From the NCBI RefSeq assembly GCF_009834535.1, contig NC_045696.1, positions 39,186,001-39,250,000 on the forward strand: a stretch of 64,000 nt of DNA. Direction: 5' to 3'. Made by a program: the position numbers and the translations under genes. The stretch comes from Camelus ferus (Eukaryota). Under the pieces are notes generated by a model. The model was not told the origin of the DNA, ran no database searches, and worked only from the letters and a program-made list of their open reading frames with translations. Shown piece by piece: positions 10,510 through 24,499 of this stretch (position 1 is its first letter; the number at the start of each line of letters is the position of its first letter).

Positions 10510-12350
10510 CTATGAAGATGCAGAAGAGCTGTTTTTTTTTTTTTTCAGTGCAGTCTCCCTTTTAAAAGAAAAAAATAAAAGCCTCTATTTGACTTTTCGT
10601 AGAAAATACCCCCATCTTCCATGCATTTACTGTTGAAAGATTATTCTTGTCAGAACTAAATTTTCCATAAACTCTATATTCCTTAAAATTTCCAGGTTGT
10701 TTCCTCTCTTTGAATTACATAGCAGGCACTTTAAGAAAATGTTTTAGGACAGCAGAGACTTGGCAGTCAAATCTTCAGCTACATTGTGCAGAATTGGTGA
10801 CTAGGTTATAGAAATAAAAATGTGTTGGAATGACTCCCACTTGACTAGACATGTCATGAAAGCCAGAGAATGGTGAATCCAAGACTTGTAGGTATTCCCC
10901 TGCATGATAATACACTTAGATCAGCTATTTCTAAATGGCTGGACCGTCCTTTACATAACTGAGGCAGGGGTTTGAATACACAAAACATATTTTATGTTTA
11001 GAGTTGTGCATATTCTGTCATAAATGAAATGCATTGTGACCATGTGAACTTAGATTTACCCCCCTGGTTTCCACAGGACTTAGCCTTCTCATTTGCTTCT
11101 CAGGATTATCAAACTCACAGATACATTTTTAGTTTGGGGCTCTTTTCTGCCTTGCCTATCTTTATGTTAGTTATCATTTATTAATGTAGTTGACCTCTCT
11201 CCTCATTTGATATGGTTTTAAGCAAAATTGGTAATATTTATTATTTAAATTGAAACAGCTCGAAAACACTATTTTTTCCACTGTGGTGTTTTTTGTAATG
11301 TTTTAATCCTCTCTGACTTTTGATATTCTTGGTTGTAATCTCAAAAAGAGCAGGAAAAAACATTACAATTATTTTAGGATTATGTGCCTCTGACATATTA
11401 AAAACATTCTTGGTTAACAGCATGATAATTTTTCATTTGGCATATTCAACAACATTGCTTAGATCCTTCCCAAACCTGCAGGTGAACTGGCTAGTGTCAG
11501 TTTTTTCTCTCTTCTTAAAAGAGGGGTTATTTTGGCATCTCAGTGTAACCCCTGGGTTAGAGGTTCTATATGTGACTAAGCTAGAAATGACAGTGTTCTG
11601 GCTTAGGAGGCACTAAAAATACTTAATGACTGAATGAATGATTATGTTCACATATGAGAGTTTATTGGATAAAATTAACAAGAGTCTTTTTGACATTTAT
11701 AGTGGTTTTGATGCATGTATAATCAGTCTTACAGTAATTTGGGGTAATTTTGATGTATATAAAATCAAACATAATAATGATAATGGATAGAAAATAGCAG
11801 AAATGGTATTTTAACCTTCTTACTACTCTACCATTAATGCCTTAGGAGGAAATAATTATGTATAACAGTAGTGTAAAGATACAGCTCATTTTTTGTTCAA
11901 TAGAAAATATATGAAAGAGTTCCTTTGAAATAGAAAAATTTTGATCCTAAAACAGAGCCTCACTTTTTAGAGATTTTGTTATAAAATGTATTATATATTT
12001 TTTATTCTTAATTCAGTATAACATTTCATTATTAATACATTCAGTTTTAAAAATTTATGAGTGACAAGTTATTGACCAAGTCAATTAGTGCTACAGCTGC
12101 CTCAATAATTCTTTTAAGTAATTTTATATATGTGCCTTTAAAATAGTCTGTACTTCTAAAAATTGTTTAAATGTACTTATAATATTCTTAAGTGTGTCTA
12201 GAAAAAGAGAAACCCTGTACCTTTGTATTTGTTCAGTAATGTGCATCTGAGAGAAATATGAGAAAAATTGTCACCCAAGATAAGTTTTCGTGAAACTTGA
12301 TTAATTTTTTTCATTTCCATTCTCCCATTGCAGTGATAGCCTGAGTGGAT

Positions 12351-13274
12351 ATGATGGAGGCAAACAAGACGCTGGTGACTGAGTTTGTTCTCACAAGACT
12401 TTCAGATCTTCCAGGACTGCAGGTCCCACTGTTTCTGGTGTTCTTGGGCATCTACCTCACCACTATGATGGGCAACCTTGGACTGATTTTTCTCATCTGG
12501 AAGGACCCCCACCTTCACACCCCCATGTACTTCTTCCTGGGCAGTTTAGCCTTTGCAGATGCCTGTTCTTCATCCTCCGTGACCCCCAAGATGCTGATGA
12601 ATTTTTTATCTAAGGATCACACAATATCCATGGTTGAATGCATCGCTCAATTTTATTTTTTTGCTTCCAGTGCAACTACAGAATGTTTCCTCCTTGTATT
12701 GATGGCCTATGACCGCTATGTGGCCATACGCAAGCCCTTGCTTTATCCAGTGGTGATGTCCACCAGACTCTGCACTTGGTTGATAAGTGTGTCGTATGTA
12801 ATTGGTTTTCTTCATCCTGTGATTCATGTAGGATTGTTACTTAGATTAACTTTCTGCAGATCCAATATAACCCATCATTTCTACTGTGAAATCTTGCCAC
12901 TTTTCACAATTTCATGCACTGACCCATCTATTAATGCACTGGTAGTTCTTATTTCTGCCATTTTTATACAAGCTTTTACTTTTATGTCCATTATAGTTTC
13001 TTACACTTGTATTCTCTTTGCCATTCTGAAAAAGAAGTTTGAAAAGAGCAGGAGCAAAGCCTTTTCTACATGCGGTGCCCACCTGCTCTCTGTTTCCTTG
13101 TTCTACGGCACTCTCTTCCTCACTTTCGTGTGTCCTGGGTGTGGCGCAGATCAATATCAGAATAAAATGTATTCACTGTTCTACACAATTATAATTCCCC
13201 TGCTAAACCCTTTTATTTATAGCCTAAGGAACAAGGAAGTTTTAGGTGCACTTAGAAAAATGGTAAAGAAATAA
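12351..13274 (+). CDS. Olfactory receptor, OR5AC-like (gene 1), 307 aa
   Basis: Intact single-exon ORF with [37 protein letters not shown]; first ATG at 12351; splice acceptor at 12333. Confidence 0.93.
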   Translation: MMEANKTLVTEFVLTRLSDLPGLQVPLFLVFLGIYLTTMMGNLGLIFLIWKDPHLHTPMYFFLGSLAFADACSSSSVTPKMLMNFLSKDHTISMVECIAQFYFFASSATTECFLLVLMAYDRYVAIRKPLLYPVVMSTRLCTWLISVSYVIGFLHPVIHVGLLLRLTFCRSNITHHFYCEILPLFTISCTDPSINALVVLISAIFIQAFTFMSIIVSYTCILFAILKKKFEKSRSKAFSTCGAHLLSVSLFYGTLFLTFVCPGCGADQYQNKMYSLFYTIIIPLLNPFIYSLRNKEVLGALRKMVKK

Positions 13275-15139
13275 ATATTTTTCAGGTAATCTTTCATTAT
13301 TCTTTCCTTTTTACTCTGTTTAAATAAAACATAATAACTGGCTCTCATAATAGAGAGCAAATGAATAGTTGTTAAGTGAATGAATAATAATATTTATAAC
13401 AGATATGTTTGTCTTAGTTAATAAGTTAAAGTGATCATCATTATAATTAATGAATACATTAAGAACAGACATCACTTTTTCTTGTTTTAAGATCATCCCT
13501 AAGGATGGAACTGAAATTGAACCCCCCAATTTACAAAGTCTTTATAACATGAACAAGCTCTTTGGTTTCCAGATATGCATAATTAAAACTCTTTTGAACT
13601 TATGTTCTTTTACAAGAAGACTCATGTAAATCTTCTGTTTAAAAAGTACTCATGCCCTCTGAAATAATTCTTGAGGAAGTAATTTTTCAAAACCTTATCT
13701 TTAGTGGCTATTTATAAAGATTCAAACAATATGTACACCAAAATAATATTGTTAGAGTAAATATGACAATATATATTCCTCCTGAGGGATTTGAAATGAA
13801 TATTTCTAGACTTAAAAGTAATTTGAAAATTCTTAAATCTGTATTGTGCTCATTGAAAGCTATAAAACTAGTAAATACTTAAAACAGTGAATTTTCCTGC
13901 AATACAGTAAGAAGTTCTGAGTCTTTAAAATATTTCCCTTTCAATTTATTATGTAATCCTACTGAATACCTTGTTTCCAACATGCATATACCAAGTAAAT
14001 ACATTTTCCCCTCTGGAATTCACAACCTGAAATAGCAGGTGTTCTTGTTCAGCTCATAATTATGTAACTTAAATTGTCTTGTTTTCCTTACAAAAGCTTT
14101 GTATATTTTCTGTCTTGCCGTTTAGCCTTTTGGGTTTCCTGATCTTATTCCATATAGCTTTGTGAATATCCTAGTGAATGAATAAGGAAAAGATGTCCCC
14201 ATATACATAACACATTATCCTCACCTCTAACCTATTTTTTTTTAATTTGAAGAAATAAATAGTTTGTTGAGTCGCAGAACCCAAAAGCCCACAGTGGGAC
14301 AGGCTGCATTCAGGACATTGATGGGGCTCATTTTCCCCAGATCCTGGTTCCTCTCACTGCATCGGAGCTCTGTCTTCTCCTGTGTGGGCTCATTTTAAGC
14401 AGGTTGTTCCATGTTTACTGATTCTCTTAGGAATTTCTGTCTCCATCTTTCTGCAGTCAAGGCCAGTGGTAAATCTTCTTCTCTCTCTTTTTTAATATGC
14501 CATACACTGTTTAGTCTTGGCTATACAATGGCTATATGTTAATGTACAGACCTTCTCTATTACCTTTATTACTTCTAGAAAAACTATTACTAACTTGGAG
14601 TATAATCTAGAGGCAGACGATTACAATTTGTATTCTTTTGTCAGCACATGCTGATATATATATAGCAGGACTGCCATCTTCACAGTCCCCCTAGAGACAG
14701 TCACAGGGAGTTCCAGAGTCAATAGGATAATATTTTTGCAAATATTAAACAATAAAATTTTAATTTTCTATTTTTAACATGTTTCTTTTCATGGTGGAAA
14801 AAGCTAGTAATTGCTTTTTTAGCAACTCTTAAGAGTAGGCTTTCTAAATTCATTTATTTCCCCCTTTGGTACGTCTTTTATGAAAGATATACCAGATTTG
14901 GTAAACTCACTTCTTGCTTTTTCTGTCTATGACTAGAGGATCTTAAACTTGATACTCTGTTAAAAGGAGGACATGTCATAATAGGGGGAAAAGTCTGCCT
15001 CTTCTGGCCTCTGAAGATGGAGGGAAAGATAGAAGATAGGGGAAGAATCAGACCTGATTGGAAGTGGAAGTTGATTCCTTCATGCAACCACAGTGTCTTG
15101 GCCCTCAGCCCTCAGCCCCAACTCACAAAGCTGGAGACA

Positions 15140-15825
15140 TAACTCTCCTTGACTTCAGATGATACTACAAAGCTACAGTAATCAAAGCTGCATGGTACTG
15201 ATTCAAAAACAGACATAAATATCAATGGACTAGAATAGAAAACTCAGAAATAAGCCCACACACCTACAGCTAATTAACCTCAGACAGTATACAGTGGAGA
15301 AAAGATACTCATTTCAGCAAGTGGTGTTGGGCAAGCTGGACATGTAATCAATGAAATTCGAACACTCTTTCACACCATATACAAAGATTAACTCAAAGTG
15401 GTTTAAAGATGTAAATATAAGACATGACACCATAAAACTCCCAGAAGAGAACATAGCCAAAACATTCTCTGACATAAATCATAGCAATATTCTCTTAGGT
15501 CAGTTTCCCAAGTCAAAAGAAATAAGAGCAAAAAAAATAAACAAGTGGGAGCTAATTAAACTTAAAAGCTTTTGCACAGCAGAATTAACAAAACAAAACC
15601 ATCCATCAACAAAACAAAAAGAAAATCTACAGAACTGGAGAAAATATCTGCAAATGATGCAACCAACAAGGGGTTAATTCCAAAATATACAAACAGCTCA
15701 TCCAACTCAGTATCTAAAAAACAAACACCCAATTGACAAATGGATGTAAGACCTAAATAAAATAGATGTTTTTCCAAAGAAGACCTACAGATGACCAACA
15801 GGCATATGAAAAAGCGCTCAACAAA
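15140..15825 (+). mobile_element. LINE-1 ORF2 3' fragment
   Basis: Translates to TPYTKINSKWFKD, KWELIKLKSFCTA. Confidence 0.88.
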
Positions 15826-15849
15826 TATATCTCTATTTTATTTAGGCAT

Positions 15850-16390
15850 ATCATTCATTTTTGGTGCAAATGGAGCCATTCTTAGAAACTGAAAAAGGCT
15901 GCAGAGGTGGTGGTCCACATTATATCCTTATTTATTTTACCATCCTAGTCTCTGCAAAATCTATATAGGTCATGGCTGGTAGTGGCAGAAACCACAAACT
16001 TAGCCATGTTGTGCCCACTGTTGTTTTGCAGATACGCTGCTCTTACTAGGACCCTTCAATACAGTATCTGGTATGAGATATGTGGCTGCTGATGTGTGGA
16101 AAATGTATTCTTTCAATACCAGTCATGCATGAGGATTAGAAGCATTTTACATTCATCTGGGATGGGTAACAATATACCTTAATGGTCTTGCCCCAGGGCT
16201 ATGCTGACTCTTCTGCTCTGTATTTAAAGAAAACATTATTTTCTAGACATTTTGTAGAAGAGTAGGTTGGTTCATTATATTGATGATGATACGTTAATTG
16301 GACCTGATACGTACTCTGGATACCTTTGTAAAGTTCACCTGCTCCATAGGATAGAAAAATCCTACAAAAAATTGCATATCAGGAGGGTCT
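15850..16390 (+). mobile_element. Degenerate ERVL (class III) reverse transcriptase fragment
   Basis: Decayed motifs FFSIP, FTFIWDG.QYT..VLPQGYADSSAL, VHYIDD. Confidence 0.7.
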
Positions 16391-17059
16391 AATTATAACA
16401 TGTGGCAAAACAATATATTCAAAACAACTCTTGGTACCTACACAAAGAACAGCCATAGCTGGAATTGGTGGAGAGAACAGAGTATCACCTCGAAATCCTG
16501 TTTTTTGTTGAGATAGGTACTAGATGGGAGTGGGGTTTGAATCCCCAGGAGAGAGGCTGAGAGTGTTCTCTATGTGGGAAGGAGGGTAAAACAGGTAAAT
16601 GACAATCAGAAGTACCGTAGAAGAATCTGTTAGCTGATCACCACATCCTTCTCTTCTCTTCCTAGATACACAGCCTCTGTTTTCAGTTGACTGCAGTGAT
16701 ACATATCACTTCCACTTCTAGCTCATAAAAACTTCATATTGGGAATCCCCTGTGAACTTTCCCCTTCCAGCTTGATCCAAAAGAGAACACAAGCGTTGAA
16801 GAAAGTTATGTGTGTGGAAAATGCTTGAAAGATGAGCTGGAAAGAGTCTAGGACTCTGAATCACCAGTTGGAGTAAAACAGGCTATCAGTTAGGAACATG
16901 TGCTTTATACTTATCATGAAGAAGTTAACTTCTATTTTATCAGTCTACCTAACATACTGAGAATTATGTCAGTTCAGTTAGTGCTAGAACAATATACACA
17001 TATAATGCAAGAAAAATTCTCAACGGCATACAGTTAATTATTGGGTCTATCTATATGGA

Positions 17060-17530
17060 CATGGATATTAGGCTTAAGAATTTTAGTTGTTACTCTATAT
17101 GCAATGAGAAATTATTAATTAATTAATTAATTAATTATTAATTAAATGGGGAAAGTGTGTTGTGGGGTGTTAGTGAAATGGGGTATGTCTTATAAAAATT
17201 AGTCTGGCATCGGTATTGAGAATAGATTAGATGACTGTGTTAGGAGATGCAGATAGTGCAGTTACAAGGTTTCTTAATAAGCCAGGCAAGAGATGACTGT
17301 ATCTTGGACTTTAGTACTGACTGTACAGATAAAAAGAAACAGTTGGATTTTAGACATCTTTAGTAGATAAACATTTGCTTTGTGACCCAATTCCCTGAGA
17401 CAGGAACACTGAAAGAAAACCAGGTTTGGGGGTAGAATAGAGGAAGATCATAATTTCAGATTTGGACATGTTAATTATAAGGTAATTTTGGGATTTCCAA
17501 GTGGGCAAGTCAGGTAGGTAGTTGGGTAAT
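17060..17530 (-). mobile_element. L2 LINE fragment
   Basis: CCAGGCAAGAGATGA...TTTGGACATGTTAA...TCCAAGTGG typical of antisense L2. Confidence 0.65.
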
Positions 17531-17639
17531 GGCAGCATTAAAATAAATAAGAGGAAGGAAAACAAGCTTATTCTAAACTCCACTGAGTGATATTTTAAAA
17601 ACATGCCCATTTAGTGACCCTTGAGGACACACCATGTAG

Positions 17640-17935
17640 TTTTAATTGCTAAAACTAGCTGTGTATGGATGATTCGATGATTAGCTTACAATGCCCAGTA
17701 GAACAACTTGGACTTAATCCCACTGGAAATACTTTAGAAGCACTAAGGGAATTTCAAAACTTTTTAAAGAATGGGTTTGCAAATATGAGAAATAAATGCT
17801 ATTTCCTTCCAGTTTGGAGTTGCTAAGGAAAATCAATGCATAAATAATTCTTCTCCATTTCTATGCCTTCTATATTACTTTGAGAAAACCAGCACATTTT
17901 CAGTTTCCCATGTTTTACAGGAACTGGGTAAGAGT
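17640..17935 (+). promoter_or_regulatory. Putative promoter and first exon of OR gene 2
   Basis: TGATTAG homeodomain-like site, TGCCCAGTAG (17692), TCCCACTGGAA, donor GG/GTAAGA at 17928. Confidence 0.6.
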
Positions 17936-19439
17936 GCAGATATTTTCATAATTTTCATTAATATAGCTTTGTAATTTGTCTGTATGGTAACAAAACATCT
18001 AAATAAGAAATTAAAATCCTAGACAGCCATTTTCCCTTTTTAAAACAGCAAACAAAATCTGGCTGGACAGAAGTAAATGTTTGTCTGAACATGCATATTT
18101 CAGTTAGAACTATTACTGTGTAGATAACGCATTTATTGAGAGTTTTTAAATAATAAACTTTGATTAATAGAAGAATGAAAGAAAAATTAAATAGCAATGA
18201 TAAAAAAATCCAAATTTATTTTATAATGGGATGTTTTCTTAATTGAGACAAGCTATGCAGCTCAAATTTAACTTGCTTGTAAATTTTCTGAATGAGAAAT
18301 TTTGGCCTCAGGTTTATTGCTGTACAATAAAAATTCTTTAATTTCATGGAATTATGAGAATATGAGCTAAAGTCGCTGAAAGTAACTTCAAAAGACTCTG
18401 TGTTATCTATCACACAACTGTTGAGAAAAAAATCACAAGGGTTACTAATTCTTGTCTAAATTATACATTACAGGAAATAAAAGTAGGAATAGCAATAATT
18501 TGGTTATCTGAGATAAGAAAGTTGGGCCAGTTTATGCAGGGTAAATATTTCCTATGGTTCTTAATTTCCAATTAACATTTTTGCCTGTTTTGTACATATT
18601 AGGGCTCTCTGTGGGCATATATTTAAAAGTAAAGATTCTGAAACTCTAATTCTTCACTTATTTTTAGTATAGATAGGAAAATATTTCATGATCTCTTCTG
18701 CTGATCATTGATTCTTAGGGAAAGAGCCTTTATTCATATTTTAAAATTAGACAAACTCAGTTTTTCTAATATATTCTCATAGTAAAAATTTTTTGTATTC
18801 CATAAGTATTGAGAGGTATGACTGTAATTTATGAAAATTTTTTTTCTTCATACATGGAACTATCATAACAATCTGTATACCTAAATGTATTTATTTTTCT
18901 TTTAAAGGTAATCTAAAAGTATCTATATTCACCAGAAAACTCCTTTTTGGAGTTCTTTCATGCAAACACCAAATGTTGTGTTCACAACAGTGACGAAACA
19001 ATAAGTATGCAGGAATTAGCTGAATAACAAAATTACTGAAATTACAAAAAATAACTCTTAAAAAACCCTCCATTAGTCTACTTGAATCTACCTTATGTCA
19101 TTATAAGTAAGTTTGGAATATTAAAAAATTGTATCTATTTTCAATGGTCAAAAATTGGCTCCCATTGATAATATCCAAAAGAAAATGCTAATTTCCCTGA
19201 AGGCCATTTCTGCATTTAACTGATGTTTATGTACACAAATTTAGACATATTTACATCCTAATTTTATGTTTGAATTTTCAGTTGCAAAGCACCTCCTTAG
19301 AAAGGTGGCAATAGGATTTCAGTGTTCTTGTTTATTTTCTCTACTATTAACATGATGGGGGCCATTCTTTCACACATACAGATATATATACACACATGTA
19401 AATCAGTTGCATAGTTTATGTGGTAGGGAATCATAATAT

Positions 19440-20460
19440 ATATGCTGCCTTTCTCATGGAACTGTTACTTAGACTTCTACTCTCCTTCACTTCCCTCATT
19501 CCTGTCTCTACTCTCACTCTGGAAAAACCATTGCTATAAACTCAGTGTCTATTACTCATGTATTTCTCCATATAAAAGATTTAAAAGTACATTTCTTTTT
19601 TACAATGATGAGATCATAATTTTTACACTTCTTTGTATCTTACTTTTCTCAGATAACTATACATTGTGGAATTTCAAAATCAAAATCAGGTAGAATAGCT
19701 CTTTTTTCATGGCTGAATTATATTCCATAATATGAATGTAGTGTGATTTATTTAACCATTTCACTGTTGGTGAAGACCAAAAGACCAAAACATCTGGTCT
19801 TTGCTACCTTAAACAATAATGCACTGATTATTCTTTGTATGTTTATCTTTGTGTAGTGGTGTTTTTATTTCTAGGACATATCTAAAAGAGAATGGTAGTG
19901 AAAGGGTATATATATTAAAAAATTAAATAGGATCATATAAAATTGCTGTTTAAAAAGGCTGTTGCAATTTATATTTCTACAAGTAAAATATGAGAGTACC
20001 ACTTTTCTCACCTCAGTCAGCAGTGAGTATTTTTATTCATTTTTATTTCTCCTATTCTGATTCATGAGAAAGGATGTATCTATGTGTGTGTGTCTGTGCA
20101 TACACACATGTATCTATCTATGACAGAAATTTGGGCATCTTTTCATTTTATTTATTGATTATTTTGATTTGTTTGTCTGTAAACTTGCTTATTCACATGC
20201 TTTACTCATTCTTCTTTTATATTATTTGCCTTTTCTTATCTAAACCTAATAGTTATTTTTATATTATAGACATAAATCTATGTCTTCCATATACATGGCA
20301 AAATATATTTCCCAGTCTATTATATGCCCTTTGACTCTGTTAGGTATTATTTTGATATTCATTCAAACTATATATACTTATATTTTTATACTGAATTTCT
20401 TCTCTTGGATAAGGATTTCTCTATTCTCCATGTTACATTATTGTCTCCTAAATTTCTTAG
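19440..20460 (-). mobile_element. Ancient L1 (L1ME-like) antisense fragment
   Basis: TGGCTGAATTATATTCCAT...ATTTAACCATT and other antisense L1 3' motifs. Confidence 0.55.
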
Positions 20461-21071
20461 AAAATATTCATGGTGTTAGGTAGGAGCCTAGTCTTACTTC
20501 CAGACAACAGTCTGCAGAGTCCATTAAATCAATCACCTGTTTCCTAATGAACTTGTCTTCTGCCACATTCCTTTCTATTTCTGAGCTCTCTATTCCATTG
20601 TGCTGATTCTCTTGCCTTTCTTATGCACTATCTTAATGTTTTGATGACACAAAACATTATATTTGTTCTTAATGTATCTCTATATTATAGTTCAACATCA
20701 ATTCTGGTATTCTTGACTACTCTTAATATCTATATTTTTCTTGGGAAAAATGGGAAATTCTTTTCTTCCATATGAGTTTTAAGATGAGTATATACAGTTC
20801 TAAAACCTGTATCTAACCCATGTTAGATTGAAAGGAATTTGCATTATATTTACTTGTCAACTTAGGTGAATATAATTTAAAAACTTTTTATTATGAATAA
20901 TTTTGAATGTATATAAAAGTAGATGAATGGAGGTAAAAATTAGTAACTACCAATTAAATGAGAAGCATCTCTTATGAATTTGTTAATCTCATATAATTTC
21001 ACTGTTTTAATGATTCTTTTGTGACTGTTTCCTCACTTATTCTTTCATTTTAGTGATCAGCCAGGTCAGAT

Positions 21072-21995
21072 ATGGCAGAAGAAAACAAGACGCTGGTGAC
21101 TGAGTTTGTTCTCACACGACTTTCAGATCTTCCAGGGCTGCAGGTCCCACTGTTTCTGGTGTTCTTGGGCATCTACCTCACCACTATGATGGGCAACCTT
21201 GGACTGATTTTTCTCATCTGGAAGGACCCCCACCTTCACACCCCCATGTACTTCTTCCTGGGTAGTTTAGCTTTTGCAGATGCCTGTTCTTCATCTTCCG
21301 TGACCCCCAAGATGCTGATGAATTTTTTATCTAAGGATCACACGATATCCATGGTTGAATGCATCGCTCAATTTTATTTTTTTGCTTCCAGTGCAACTAC
21401 AGAATGCTTCCTCCTGGTAGTGATGGCCTATGACCGCTATGTGGCCATATGGAACCCCTTGCTTTATCCAGTGGTGATGTCCACCAGACTCTGCATTCAG
21501 TTTATAGGTGTCTCATATTTCATTTGTTTTCTACATTCAGCAATTCATGTGGGTTTGTTATTTAGATTAACTTTCTGCAGGTCTAACATAATACATTATT
21601 TTTACTGTGAAATTTTACAACTGTTCAAAATTTCTTGCACTGATCCTACAGTTAATATACTTCTGGTTTTCATCTTTTCAGCCTTTATACAAGTCTTCAC
21701 TTTTATGACCATCATGGTCTCTTACACCCATGTCCTCTTTGCCATCCTGAAAAAGAAGTCTGAAAATGGTATGAGCAAAGCCTTCTCCACGTGCAGTGCC
21801 CACCTGCTCTCTGTTTCCTTGTTCTATGGCACTCTCTTCTTCATGTATGTGCGTCCTGGGTCTGCTCCCTCTGAAGATCATGACAAAATGTATTCTTTAT
21901 TTTATACAATAATAATTCCTCTACTAAATCCTTTTATTTATAGCCTGAGGAACAAAGAGGTTATAGGTGCCTTGAGAAGAATAATGAAGAAATAA
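21072..21995 (+). CDS. OR5AC1: Olfactory receptor, OR5AC1-like (gene 2), 307 aa
   Basis: MAEENK start, [38 protein letters not shown] and ALRRIMKK match recalled OR5AC1; intact ORF; acceptor at 21053. Confidence 0.85.
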   Translation: MAEENKTLVTEFVLTRLSDLPGLQVPLFLVFLGIYLTTMMGNLGLIFLIWKDPHLHTPMYFFLGSLAFADACSSSSVTPKMLMNFLSKDHTISMVECIAQFYFFASSATTECFLLVVMAYDRYVAIWNPLLYPVVMSTRLCIQFIGVSYFICFLHSAIHVGLLFRLTFCRSNIIHYFYCEILQLFKISCTDPTVNILLVFIFSAFIQVFTFMTIMVSYTHVLFAILKKKSENGMSKAFSTCSAHLLSVSLFYGTLFFMYVRPGSAPSEDHDKMYSLFYTIIIPLLNPFIYSLRNKEVIGALRRIMKK

Positions 21996-23566
21996 ATATT
22001 TGCTAGATAATTTTCAAATTGTTTCTTCTTTACTGTCTATTGAAAAAACCCCCCAGTCCTCAAGATTAGCCATGACTCTGCCAATTCATCGTGACTAGTG
22101 GTTAGGGTGGTCTATGGGCTCTGTGTGAAGGAACCCAGCTTCCTATTATGTTTACTTGGATATGGTACCAGTGAAAGTTTGGTAACCTTACCTATTACTA
22201 GCTCATTTAGAAACATTGTGCTCCATTTTTAGCTTTTAGCATTTAGCTTTTGCAAATTAGCTATTTTTCTGGGACTTTAAAAATTTCAGATATAATTGAC
22301 AGTTTTACTTGAGAAACAGCTGTAAGTAATGCTGGCATATAGGGTTAGTTCCTGAATGAGCCCAGCTCACTGCTCTGGACTGGCAAGGTAATAAGGTTTC
22401 ATTGTCTTCCACCATACACATTAGCTCCACTAGATGCACAAAAATAAAATTCTGCTTCTTGGTAGAATATATTCCTGGGAAGGAATGTACTGTTTAGTCA
22501 TAAAAGTTAGGAAAAAGTAAAAAGTTCTAAAGAAATTGGTGGACTTAAGGAAGAAAAATGGAAGCTGGCGTGAATTTAGGAAAGGAGCCTCAAAATTAAT
22601 TCAGTTCCTATTTATAATTCCATAAGCTATTTTTATCAGGGATGTTGCATGTAGTCATGATATTTAATAACTTATAAATTTAGGAATATTTGAGTTTAAT
22701 AAAAAGCAATTTCAGAGATCAGCCTTGACTGCACTGCTATTCCTAACAGTTGTAGCAGGAGCTGACTGGGAAGAAGGCAAAGAGCCTAAATCAGAGAGAA
22801 TAACCTGGTTTTGTATATAAAGATATGGGTGAAAACTCGAGTCAGTGAATTCTCTGCCACTAATGTACTTCAATTTGGGACACAGTCACTAAAAACATAT
22901 ACATTCTAATTTATTTTAGAAGTATTATATAGACATAGATGATTCTTTTAGCAAAACAATTATGCTCCTTGAACAATCTGTATGTGTGTGTGTGTGTGTG
23001 TTTTTTTTAGCACATTCACTTAGGAAAAATAATTATACAAAATGAGAATGAAGTTTAAGCTGAAGAATAAAAATATGACTGTTGTTCTAGTATTTTTAAC
23101 ACATTTTAGATCTCAGTAGTTCCAAAAATATACTAAAAAGTATTACCTAAAAATGTAGGTATATGATAAATATCTTTTATCACTTAAATTTATTTGCCAT
23201 ATAAATATTATTGGAAAAAGTCACCTTGTTTGTACGGTCTTAACATTAATTCATATTGATCCCCAATAACAAAATTTATTTTAAAAATACCCCACATGAT
23301 TAAATTTATTCTCTTTAAAAACTATTTGTACTTGTCGGTGATTTTCAGCAATTTCAGTCTTTGCAACTCATTTTGCAAACGCTGTAAACTAAATATATTT
23401 TCTTAACATTTTTAATTTTCTTTTTGAGTAAAATCTTTTTTCTATAATTTACCATTGGTCTTTTAAAAATAAACCCTATTTTTATTATTTATATAAATAT
23501 AAATACATTTATTTCTTAATGTACATGGTATAACGTATTTATTTGGAGAATTTGCAACAATAACTA

Positions 23567-24272
23567 TAGGAGTCTCCTATTATCTGTGGGGGATACATTC
23601 CAAGACCCCCACTGGATGCCTGAAACCACTGATTGTACCGAAACCTGTTTTCTGTTCATATCTTCCACCTACAGCTTTAATGCCTTTTCCATCTTAACAA
23701 AGTACTTATCACACACTGTGGCTATGACTTCTGCAATTTGAGATGTAACAGCAAACTAGAATGGATTTCTTTTTCCTTCTTCGCTATTTCATGGATAGAA
23801 AATTCGTTCCCACAATAGATCTTAGCAACTACAGCATACAATTTTTTTCTTCCCTACTAAGTTGAGAACTTTCATCTTTTCACTTAAAGGAAGAACTTTG
23901 TAACTTTTCTTTGGCATATCCAAATTGCCAACAACAGTACCTTGTGCTTTGAAGCCATTATTAAGTAAAGTGAGGATTCCTTGAACACCAGCACTGTGAC
24001 ACTGCAGTAGTCCATCTGATAACAGACAGCTACCAAGTCACTAAGGGCAGGTAGCATACATAGCATGTACACTAGTCAAAGGGATGGTTCACATCACAGG
24101 CAGGGTGAGGTGGGGTGGTGTGAAATTTCATCACACTACTCAGAATGGTGTACAATTTAAAACTTATGAATTGTTTATTTCTGGAATTTTCTATTTAATA
24201 TTTTCAGACCATGGTTGACTTTGGGTAATGGAAACTGTGGAAAACAAAACCACGGATAAAGGGGAACTACTG
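23567..24272 (-). mobile_element. MER44 (Tigger-family) non-autonomous DNA transposon
   Basis: Terminal inverted repeats (..GAGTCTCCTATTATCTGTGG / CCACGGATAAAGGGGAACTACTG) flanked by TA; right end matches the reverse complement of the recalled MER44 5' end. Confidence 0.8.
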
Positions 24273-24499
24273 TATGTGTTATAATATTTACACTCTTTTA
24301 ATATCTTTATAATTGCACAAGTAATACAGGAGTTTATCAGGATTATTTTCAATAAAATTCCAGCTTAATTATACACATTACCTTGGAAATAAAGGGTTAA
24401 ATTGAATTTTATTTAGTATTGTCTTCCAGTTCAATGGCCCCATGAGAAATTGACATTTACACAACCTTGCCATGTCAACTCAAGAGATGCATCAATTTA

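Noticed and set aside
12345..12350. GTG starts given by the ORF track for OR genes (12345, 41135, 53858)
   Set aside because: In-frame ATGs follow at 12351, 41141 and 53867 and were used instead.
17110..17145. (TAAT)n palindromic run resembling multimerised homeodomain sites
   Set aside because: Simple-repeat expansion inside an L2 relic and not shared by the paralogous units.
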